A DNA stretch of 64,000 bases from Paraspadella gotoi (lineage: Eukaryota; Animalia; Chaetognatha), in NCBI GenBank assembly GCA_051294375.1, contig CM119271.1, positions 3,193,061 to 3,257,060 on the forward strand, given 5' to 3'. Numbering within the stretch: the stretch's first letter is position 1; each line of letters begins with the position of its first letter. Under the pieces are notes generated by a model. It did no database searches and was not told the origin of the DNA. It saw only the letters and a list, made by a program, of their open reading frames with translations. The position numbers were made by a program, and so were the translations under genes. Shown here in pieces: positions 35,001 to 45,257 of the stretch.

Positions 35001-37485
35001 CCATTTTCCAGCAGCGAAGCCCTTTTCAAAAACTCAAAACGTTTGACTCCAAAACGATTAACAATTATTTATTACTAGATTTAAAGTTGCGGATTAAGTT
35101 ATCGATTTAGACGATTTTAAATTTCGTAGATAATAAAAAAAATCGTAGCTGATAGAAATGTAGGCTGAAGACGAGATTGAGGAGCGAGGACGGACTTTCG
35201 CGATGTTGATGTTCGGCCACTGTTCTCAGGTTGTGGCGGTTGGCGGGTCTTGTGTGGTTGTGGGCAACAAGGGATTGTTTTATTTATTTACGTTTGTCGG
35301 TTGATAACTGGAGTGGTTTTTAAGAAAAGATTCGTAGGTTTGTGAAACAACGTTATGAATTATGAAGCAACTGTGCTTAAATTCGTCACAAAGAACCGCA
35401 GTGTCGTCCCTCCGCCCCCCCCCCCTTAGGTGATCCGCCTTCAGTACAACGTCAGCGGATTTAAACCCGACGAAATCTCGGTCGCCATCGAGGGCGACAC
35501 TCTGAAGATGCGGGCCAAGAACGAAGACAACAGGGGCCACACTACAGGTAGAAAGGGATGAGAGAGGACAACCGCGAGGAGATTGGCATTTCTTTAGGGC
35601 TATTCTAGAGGATAAAGGGTACGGTGTAGACTGTAAACGGTACCGATGGCCACATAACGAGTTCATACCGTTTCATTTAGGTTAGGAGATAAACTTTCGC
35701 GATCGGCTCCAAAGACTTTCGTGACAATTTATTCCTTCTTGTTATAATAATAATAATTAATACTGATTGCTTAATACTCATTCGTGCTTCCGTTTCAGTT
35801 GAAAAAGTAAAAAAGATTAATTTGTCATTTAAATATTGCAATTATAAAAGGTTTTAATAATTTTTAGTAATTTGTTCGTTCTTCTTCCTCAACCTTCCTC
35901 TTCCTCCTACAGTGACGCGGGAATTCAACAAGGAATTCGAACTTCCCAACGGCGCCGACAAGAGCAGCCTCAAGTATTGCGTCGAGGACAATCAACTCAC
36001 CGTCTTGGGTGAGGAGGGGGAGAGAGGGAGAGAGAGAGAGAGAATGGGGGGCAAAGAAATGAAAAGACTCAGAGAGAGAGGGAGAGGGAAAACAAGGAAG
36101 GCGATGAGACTCCCTATCTCACTCTCATCAAGAGGGAGATAGAGGGAGGGAGGGATAGAAATGAAGAGAGAGAGAAAGAGAGAGATAGAGAGGGAGGCAA
36201 GGGATGGATTGTGATTGAATTCCTCAGTATTTTTCCTCACATTCCTTTTGAGTCATGATCCGAAAAAATAATTTATAATGATAATTATAATAATTCGTCA
36301 CAGAAGAAGTTTCGAATCTGTGGCTGTGCCTACTTCCTCGGTTGATTTAACGTACATATAATCGATTATCATTATCCTCATGCGACTAAGTTCCTACTTC
36401 ATTTTAATAAAGATTGTCTCTTCCACAACCTCGACTTTACACCCCCCCAATTCCATGCCCCCCCCCAAATTCCTCCAGTACAAATGCCGAAGAATCTCTT
36501 CGAGCGTCAATTATCTCAAGAAGCGTTGGAAGGTTCCAAGTTGCATCTGGAATTCGACGTTTCCTCCTTCGAACCCCAAGACATTCAGGTTCGAGGTGCA
36601 AGGGGGTGTGGGGGTGAAAGTGTGGAGGGGCTGCGAACAGAGAGAGAGGGAGACAGAGAGAGAGACAGAAAGCGAGACAAAGCGAGAAAGCGTTACTTTA
36701 TAAGAACTTCAGCCCTAACTTAACCGAGCGGGTGGAACCACTCCCCGGGCAGAAAGCGGCAACTGAAAGCCCCAATGATCCAATGACGCAGTGCGTCAAA
36801 CGTCCGCGATTTTCCAATTGATTCTTGAACCAATTTTTTACTTAACCCACAAAAAAATGGGAATAAAAATTTCGAAACAGAAAAAATCATAATGATAAAA
36901 AGTATTGTGAGAAATAATATTATTAATTTAAAAATAAAACCCAAGCGTCTCTTCGAAATCCCTCCCCGAAGGTGAAGATCGTGGGAACGACGTTGAAGAT
37001 CCAGGCGATGAGGGAAGAGGTGGAGAATAACGCCACCGTCTGCCGGGAGTTCTCCCGTCAATGCGTCCTGCCCGAGTGGGTCGATCAAAACTCTCTCAGG
37101 TAAGGAGGGGAACGAGTGCGAACCGTTACTTACCTCACTTGTTGGAGGAGATTATATGTAGATCGCCTTGTGGATAGGGCGACGGTTAATCTACCGTCGG
37201 ATCTGAAGTTATGGAAAGCAAAGTGTTGGCGGCTTACCAAACTGTGAAAGAGACATGGCAACCTGTGAAACTGTGAAAGAGACATGGCAACCTGTGAAAC
37301 TGTGAAAAGAAAACTGTGAAACTGTGAAAGGGACACGGCAACCTCTCGGTGACTTCAACTTTTAATTTCCTTACCCTTTTTTTTTCAGATCTTACCTGAC
37401 TGCCGACGGAAAACTCACCATTGAAATCCCGATGGAAAAACCGCAGGAGGAAAAAAGACTCAACGTCGAAGTTCGGCACAAATGA
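31719..37485 (+). CDS. Small heat-shock protein with three tandem alpha-crystallin domains, about 11 exons
   Basis: N-terminus MAFRRDPFFNDPFFDDFERDM. ACD1: KIQLDVGNYSVEEINV...LPESVDPELITSFLSQDGILTVE. ACD2: LQYNVSGFKPDEISV...REFNKEFELPNGADKSSL. ACD3: LEFDVSSFEPQDIQVK...REFSRQCVLPEWVDQNSLRSYLTADGKLTIE. C-terminal V-E-V motif. Intron phases across the ACD exons are consistent. Confidence 0.9.
31975..32083. repeat. (CT)n microsatellite in an intron
   Basis: Directly visible dinucleotide run. Confidence 0.95.
33980..34215 (+). mobile_element. tRNA-derived SINE in an sHSP intron
   Basis: A-box-like TGGCTCATTGAG (33987-98) and B-box-like GGGATCGATCCC (34030-41) at tRNA spacing, a GC-rich body and a tandem tail (CACTTCGCTC)2. 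Confidence 0.65.
34610..34992. repeat. Degenerate (AAGTCAATG)-like minisatellite in an intron
   Basis: Dozens of GTCAA cores at roughly 5-11 bp spacing. Confidence 0.8.
37239..37345. repeat. Intronic tandem repeat (AAACTGTGAAAGAGACATGGCAACCTGTG), about 3 copies
   Basis: Directly visible. Confidence 0.85.
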
Positions 37486-37721
37486 TTGGTCGACTTGATT
37501 GGTCGACCTGATTGGTCGGCCTGATTGGTCGGCTTGATTCGTCGCCGTGGAATGTTCGGCCTGATCGGAGAATTCTTTGTACATCTATCATTGTTTATTT
37601 CACTCGCGAACTCGGAATTAATACAAACACGTACATAAAAAGTTTGCTTTATTTTATTAATTTTTATGAAAAGGTCACCTGATTGATTCGTTAGATTTTT
37701 ATTGGTTTTAAATTAATTTTC

Positions 37722-37989
37722 GTAGAAATAAGTTTGAGTTTATTTGCAACAACGATTTTATTAGTACATAAGGACGTACATGTTTCGGCTTTAGTTACAA
37801 GCCTTCTTCAGCGTCATAGAGAAAAATTGTTTACCACAAAACAATTTTTCTCTATGACGCTGAAGAAGGCTTGTAACTAAAGCCGAAACATGTACGTCCT
37901 TATGTACTAATAAAATCGTTGTTGCAAATAAACTCAAACTTATTTCTACTAATCCAAACACAACGAAAAGAAAGGAAATTCGCTATGCC
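37722..37989. mobile_element. Penelope-like inverted pLTR insertion (perfect 111-bp-arm palindrome plus tail)
   Basis: Arms at 37722-37832 and 37839-37949 with a 6-nt loop. The 14-bp direct repeat TAAATTAATTTTCG lies at 37709-22 and 37990-38003. Each arm contains a hammerhead motif. Confidence 0.8.
37856..37898 (+). ncRNA. Minimal type I hammerhead ribozyme (mirror copy at 37773-37815 on the - strand)
   Basis: GACG-CTGAAGA-A-GGCTT..AAGCC-GAAA-CATG-TA-CGTC: stem I GACG/CGTC, core CUGAnGA and GAAA, palindromic short stem III, GUA cleavage triplet. Confidence 0.8.
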
Positions 37990-38669
37990 TAAATTAATTT
38001 TCGAAGTATAACTGGCATTAGGAATATCAGGGAAAAAAATCATTTATTACTGATTTATGCTTCATTATAAATATGTCCTCTGCACTCTGCAGGCCGGATA
38101 ATAGGCTCGACAAATAGTTCATAACTGCTGAAGGATATCATGTTTAAAATAGTTTCGAGGTGAGATCAGTGGTGTTAATTACCGTAGAAACATTGTGCTA
38201 TGTGCTTTTTCTCATTTAAGATTTGGTTACAGATATAGAATGGCTCGTCCTATCAGTCGTCATTTATCGAACAATTTGAAATTTATATTGTAAACGAAAA
38301 CTTTTGCCGCCCCATTTTTTCTGCCGGGCTATTTAAATATTTTCATAATGATATAAACAAAATACAGAAAATAGTGTTTACATAATGTAGTATAATTTTC
38401 AAGTTAAAATAATATTTGTCTGGATCCCAGGCTTTGGACTGGCTTCGGCGGGTTACATTCGAACGAGTCGATGCCATCTCACTTTTCCAGACGATCGAGA
38501 CAAATCGAAGCGAAACTGGATCGCAGCGAAGACAACTGGGACAAACCTTTTGATTAAACCGATTTTTGAGCAAAACCGGATCACCGAGAGACAAAATTGG
38601 GTCAATTAATGGGGCCATTTTTTTTTTACCAGAACGTCCCTTTTTATCTTAAACTCGGTATTCGGTTAA

Positions 38670-39572
38670 TTTTTAGTCGGATCTGCTTATCAGCAGATCC
38701 CGACTCTATAATTCACTTTGTCGGTCCCTCAATCTTGTCGGGCATTCCCTTATATCATGTCAGAACATCGAATTATGATCAATTATGTAAAAAAAAAAAC
38801 GATGTCCGTTCGTCCGTTCGTCTGTCTGTCAGTCAATCGGTCCAACCTTAGCAAAAAACTTCAATTGCTCGTGATTGGATGGATGGATTGGAATGAAATT
38901 TTGTGTGTGGGTAGGGAAGTGTGTGATTGAGCTGGATATGAAATTTCGGTGGAAATGAGTTGAAATGGAAAAAACAAAAAAAAATATATTTCACTATTTA
39001 AACGTCAATTACTCCTCAAGAGTAGACGGAGTGATTGACTTGAAATCTTGTATGTGGGTAGGAAAGTGTGCGATTAAGCTGGTAATCAAGTTTCGATGGA
39101 ATCGTCTTGAGTGGAAATGAGTTTAAATCGAAAAAAACAAAAAACCCGTTTCACTAATTGTTTATGCTTCTTTTTATTGTTATATTAAATATAAATGCAA
39201 GATGTATTAATTAATCAAATAATTAATTAGTTAATTAATCAATTAGTTAATTAATAAATAATTAATCAATTAATCAATCAATTTATTTAGTTATTAATTA
39301 ATTAATTAATTAATTATTCAATCAATCATTTTATTTATAAATTATTTAATCAAGTCAATCGTTATTGGCATTATTGTCGTCGTCGCCATCATCGTCGTCG
39401 TTGCTTTTGTCATGGCCAGTGACGTAAAGACCTAAAAACAAACATTTCGGATCAAATTAATTAATTTATTAATTAAATAATTATTTTAGTTTATATAGTT
39501 TGTATTATTTAATTAATTAATTACCGCAAATGATCGTGGGCAGATCCGAAATTGTATGCTCAAACTTGTTTT
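38670..39572 (+). mobile_element. Helentron-associated (HINE/DINE-1-like) element, family A
   Basis: TTTTTAG, subTIR TCGGATCTGC with an adjacent inverted repeat, GTCY microsatellite, internal tandem units, distal subTIR GCAGATCCGA (39540-49), ending CTTGTT. Confidence 0.65.
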
Positions 39573-39787
39573 AAATCAAAGGATAGATTAAGTTAATGAT
39601 TAAGATTATTGGTTTGCGATTAGGGTTAAGATTAGGGTTATATTAAGGTTTGGAATTGATTTATAAGTTTAAAAATTATATTGCCAGACAAACGAACAGA
39701 AATAGGGCACTCTCCGAAAACAGAGCTGGCCACATATCAACAAATCTGAGTAGATAACAAAATATACAAATTGCAAATTTGAGAGCT

Positions 39788-42700
39788 TTACGCCTCAATT
39801 TGTTTCTTGCGCCACGCCTTCTCTTTCTCGTCAATTTTCGGTTCCTCCTTCTCCCGCTCATTCTTCTCCGCCCTGTTCAACTGGACCGCGCCCCAGTAGG
39901 AATGAAGGAGGCCCTTCTTCAAATCCGACCGACAATTCCCGTGCCCGTCCAGATACTCCATCTTGAGTTCGGTCCCAGAATCGAGAAATTGGGTGAAGCC
40001 GAGAAAGCACGGGCGCCAGGCGCGTATCACGGACGTCGAGGTTTCGGGCGACGACGACGACGACTCTTCCGTCGTGTCTCCGTCGTCGGTGATGTCCTGG
40101 ATGCACGTGACGAACTTGCCGGAGTCGCGGCCGAATCGGAGGCGATAAGCGCACCTGATTGGTTGGTGACGGGGTGGGGGAGACGGAGATTGGTTGGTTT
40201 GAGAGTCAACGACGCCTTCTGATTGGTTGCTGGAAGTTGGATTGCGATTGGTGAATTTTTTTTTTTTTTTTTTTTGGATTGTCGGTTTTGATTTATAATT
40301 GTAATTATTGTATTTCGTTGAACCTCCTCTTAAAGTTACTATCTATCTACAACTATTTACAGACAGTGAATGCGTGTCTTCTCTCATAAAATGTGAACAT
40401 TAAACGACAATGGACTCGCGTCTATGGGTAAATTGGTCCTAATCTGTGAGGGTCGCAGCGGGCGTGAAATGTTTTCGCATAGGCTAATCTACGTTTCTTT
40501 GTCATTCTACTCACAGGGAGTAAAAATAATATAATTAAATATAATTAAAAATAATTACTGTGAATTATTTTTTTTTACAAATCCTTTATTCAATAGACAG
40601 CATAGACTCTAGACAGTTAACCCGATAATTAGGTCATTAATTAATTACTAATTAATTAATAATTATACTAACTAGAATAACTCCACACCTAATCAAAGGA
40701 TAACTATCACCTGCCCGTCACCTGCCCGTCCCTCGCTAGAGAAAAATACCTCGAAAACGACCTTACCTCGCCCCCGCGGTGACGAAATAAAACTGCGAGT
40801 AGACGTAATAGACTCCGGGTTCTTTGACGAGGATGATCCCCTCTGCTCCGCGGAACTCGAAGGCTTTCGAGTCGACGAGCCAATTGGGGCGACGCCACGC
40901 GGAGATCAGGGTCGGAACCTGAGAGAGATTGGCAGGAGTGGAGATGATGAAGATGATGAGAGGTTGAGCGGGTAAGTTTAGAAAAAAGGGGGGATATCAA
41001 AGGATAAGTAATGGGAGATAGTATTAATTTATGTAATGATTTTTAACTTTCTTTTAAATGGTTTTTTTTCCTTGGATTTCTGTCTTTCTTTTTTCTCTCC
41101 TACTTTCATTCGAAGATTTAGTCTTTCTTTCTTTCTTGAATTCTTTCTTTCTCACTCACTCACTCACTCCCTCCCTTTCCCCCCCCCCCTTCCCAACCAT
41201 GGCCGGCGGGGTCTCCACGTTCTTGACTGGACAAGACCGATTGGGCTTAGAGAAATTGCATCCTTTGAGGTGAATGACTGGAATCTTTGAGCGAGCGTCG
41301 TTATCGTCGTCTTCATCGTCGTCGCCGTCGTCGTGACATGGAGCTCCCGGACCGCACCAGCGTCGGTGGCTGCGTTTCCCGCGGAATATTTCGCCGACCT
41401 GAAAAACGAGTTATTATTTAAAATAGTCGTCATCGTCATTGTAATATTTTGACGCTTAATATTTAATGCGATTGTCATGGCAACGACGAGATCGATTCGA
41501 ATGCGTCATTTTCCTTAAATTGCTCCTTTTCAGATTAAATTCGGAATTAAAAGTTTAAAGATTAGGTAAGTGATAAAATTTATGTAAGCCTAAGGGTAGT
41601 TTAAGGATGTTGATCACTGATTAGAGATCTCGTTATGAAATGAGGTTGTGGGATAAGGTAGGTGGGCGCTTTTAGAAAATAGTGCCCCAAAAAACTCTCG
41701 ATGAAAATTCCGCTTTAATTCAGATTTCTTTACTTTCTACTTTTTTCTTTCGACGCGTGTACTTTTTTAAATTCGTCTCTCTCTCCATCTCGCTCCTTCT
41801 CTCTCCCTCACCTCTCGCGCGCCCTCCCTCGCTTCTTCGATGAGACGAGCGATGAGGTTGACGTTGACACGCCCCCCTGGCCACGACCCGTTGCTACTGG
41901 TGACGGTGTCCAACAAAAGTCGCTGTTGCGATTGAAGCGAATGAAGTTCGTCGCGAACGGCGATCTGCGAGGAGGAGGAGGAGGAGGAGAAGACGGAATT
42001 GAAACTAAAATAAATTTTAAAAAGTATATCAGTAATATGATTATTTTTATTTGGCTTGCTCCTATTTATTTATTTATTTTATTACGGTTACCGTGAAAGA
42101 TGTTGTGTACACTGTACTGTAACTTGTAAGAGATAGATTCTTAGAAAAATACTAAATGAGATTGAGTTCATCAATCTCATTTGCATATAGTAGTAAATTA
42201 TTTGAAGTCCAATTGATTTATGTACTATATTATAATTAGGCATATTTTTAGATTTTACAATGCTTTTCTATATTGTTTAGTAGTTTAATTGATTCATAGA
42301 TAATTTTCTGATAATTTGATAGAATAATTATGACGTGTATTAAGTGTTGAAGCTTTGTATTAAATAAACAATAATTATAATAAAAGATTAAAGAGAAGTT
42401 ATGTTTGTATTTAGTTGTTTAGCTATGGTTATCAATAATTATTATAATTATTATATAATTAATAATAATAATAATAAAACAATATTAAGAAGTAATTATT
42501 AATATATAATTCATAACCTGAGCCCCACTCATTATCCTTTCTCCAAATCCCGCTCAACCCTCCACCCGGCCCGCCAGTAGCATATGCCACTCCACCACCT
42601 GGGTAGCGACCAAGAGCGCGAGTATCCCGAGAGCGAGAACGACCAATACGAGGCTTAAGAGACGCCGATGGCTTTTCCGAGATTCGCGACGAAATTTCTC

Positions 42701-42814
42701 GTCGTAGTCGGACTTCGTCGTCGTCGTAAAGTCGTCGTCGTTGTTGTCTTTGTCAATATCCTTGGCGGGAAGGGCCATGCGTTCTTCTTCCGTTCCCGGA
42801 TCGATTTTCGTCAT
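39788..42814 (-). CDS. TNF-superfamily ligand (type II membrane protein, Eiger/EDA/BAFF-like); 5 exons, about 42814-42599, 41964-41812, 41398-41198, 40918-40766, 40154-39788
   Basis: TM helix LLSLVLVVLALGILALLVA, furin-type site RGKR, and TNF-homology motifs PVIHLKG, GIILVKEPGVYYVYSQFYF, FVTCIQ, PCFLGFTQFLDSGTEL and SYWGAVQL. Intron phases are consistent. Confidence 0.88.
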
Positions 42815-43427
42815 TTTTTTTCCCCCTTTTTTTGTTTTTGTGTATGTTTTTTTAAATTTTGTTTTTGAACCTTTTTTTTTAACAAAGGGTCCGTCTGATA
42901 TTTAGGGCTAGAGCTTATAAATGTTTATTATGTTAACAAGTTTGAGCAAACGATGTCGGATCTGCCTACGATGATTAAGTGGTAATCAGCTAATCCGATG
43001 ATAAATGACGATAATTCTTTCTGATTTCATTTGTGATCTTAAATCTATAAATCAATTAATCTATCAATGAACCAGTAGCTACACCAATACCAACTTGCAT
43101 AATTTGGTCAACTTGCAAAATTTGGTCAGCTTGCATAATTTTTATAACTTGTATAATTTTTTAATGAATTTTTTATAACAGATCATTAGATTATAGATCA
43201 TAACATATTTCTTAATATTAATAATAAATCATTCAAAAAATCAATCAATCAATCAGTCAATCAACTTAACAATTAGCTAATTTTATCTGTGAGACAGAGA
43301 GAGAGAGAGAAACTTTAATAAAATTCAAGAAATGTGACTTGTTTTTTCCATTAAAACTCATTTTCACTTGCACGATTCCATCGAAACTCTATAGCAAGCT
43401 TAATCACATACTTTTCTACCCACACAC

Positions 43428-43675
43428 TGTTACGGTTACGTTTATGCCTTCTCTCCTTCAGGATAGTCTGCCTCCGTTCATCTGCGATTCATGAACTCAA
43501 AACTCATGGACTTTTTCAAAGACATTTATATTTATTACTTTTACATTTACTTAACTTATTATGTTCCTTACTTATGATTTGAGCCTCATTTTTCTTTACA
43601 GTTTTATTTCCTATTGCTCTTTGGATCTTGATACTACATTTACTTGATTGTCTCGTCACTCAGTTGCACGTAACA
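43428..43675 (+). mobile_element. LTR fragment
   Basis: TGTTACG...CGTAACA terminal inverted ends followed by TTGGC (PBS-like); interrupts the HINE tandem unit. Confidence 0.5.
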
Positions 43676-44121
43676 TTGGCCAGACTTTTGGCCTCCCGCA
43701 TATTACTGCCGACCGAAGCTTGTCCTGTGCTTCTTACTCAGAAACCGCGAGAGTTACCGTGGTACATCGGCCTACTGATGTCACCAACTGTCTGCTAAGA
43801 CCCTTTAGTCCTCTTGAAGAACAAGTCCTCAATGAACCTGTCATTCCCCAGCTTTTCTTCGGCCATAGCTAACAAATCGTCTGTAATTCTGAATAAATAG
43901 AGTAATTATCAGTCAAAAATATATAAGTGAATGTGACTCATTTCCACTCATTTCCACGTGCACGATTCCATTGAAACTTTATATCCAGCTTAATCATACA
44001 ATTTCCCACCTACACACAAAATCTCATTCAAATCCATCCATCCAATCATGAGTAATTGGAGTTAAATTCTAACGGGGGACAGACGGACAGACGGACATCA
44101 TTTTTTTTTGCATAATTTATC

Positions 44122-44252
44122 GCAGATTCGAAAACGAAAGTTTTAGTATTTTTTACACGATTTTTATTTACAAAATATTGGACATGTTTTGACTCTTGTT
44201 TTCGAGTCTTCATCAGCATTTGACAGTTGTATTTTCACAATCATAAAGTTGG

Positions 44253-44295
<43 letters not shown>

Positions 44296-45257
44296 CCAAC
44301 AAAGAATTGAGAAAGGACAGTGGTCAGAATTCAGGACAGGTGAAGGCAAGGACAGGAGAAAGGGGAAATAAGTTGATTTTGAAATGGTGAAAAGAGAGAG
44401 AGAGAGAGAGAGAAAAACATTACATTTTTGAAATGTACAACAAAGATAAATGAATCAGTAAACTAAATGAATAATAACAAATAATAATAAATAGTTGATT
44501 TAATTAATGGAGTATAAGTGAAAGTGAAATTTGAAGAATAAGTGGTGAGGGATAGGTAAGTAAAGATTTTAGTATAAATTAAGTTAGGAAAGAAGCTCAA
44601 ATTGAGCTGCCCCCCCCCGGCCGGGCAAATGGGGGACGTTGACGATGTGATCGGGTCATTGACCTGTCAAAGGCTGAGAAGATATTTTTGTAGAGTTCGA
44701 CACCCTGGGATCGGGTAGTGATCCACTTGGGAAGATGCCGAGTGCCACTCGAATATCTCTTTGGCCTGATAAGCCTGCCGACTGCCCTCCTCTCACCTGC
44801 CGGTGAGGTGGGCGATTGCCTGTTCTTGCCTGCTTGGATGCAGGTGATACAGACTCCTCTCCTTCCTCCTGCAGCCGTCGTTTTGGTCGACGCTCAGTGT
44901 GAGAAGGGTCACACCAAGTTGCTGTAGGCTCAGGAGAGGCATCTCTCTCTCTCTCTCTTTTCACCATTTCAAAATCAATTATTTCCCTTTTCTCCTGTCC
45001 TTGCCTTCACCTGTCCTGAATTCTGACCACTGTCCTTTCTCAATTCTTTGTTGGAATCTCTCTCTCTCTCTCTCTCTCTCTATCCCCAACTTTATGATTG
45101 TGAAAATACAACTGTCAAATGCTGATGAAGACTCGAAAAACAAGAGTCGAAACATGTCCAATATTTTGTAAATAAAAATCGTTGTAAAAAATACTAAAAC
45201 TTTCGTTTTCGAATCTGCTATCTTATTGAACAACGAAAAGAGAGAAAAATTACACAA
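44122..45257. mobile_element. Penelope-like insertion with ~290-bp inverted pLTR arms and a hammerhead motif (45120-45160, +)
   Basis: Arms at about 44122-44413 and 44942-45218. Motif CTGATGA-A-GACTC..GAGTC-GAAA-CATG-TC. The 13-bp TSD TGCATAATTTATC lies at 44109-21 and 45258-70. The tail CAACGAAAAGA is shared with the 37.7 kb element. Confidence 0.8.

Noticed and set aside
34610-37540. Short repeats as a possible CRISPR-like array
   Set aside because: Degenerate tandem repeats without unique spacers, in eukaryotic introns and UTR.
39620-39640. TTAGGG units
   Set aside because: Only two interrupted units; not a telomeric array.
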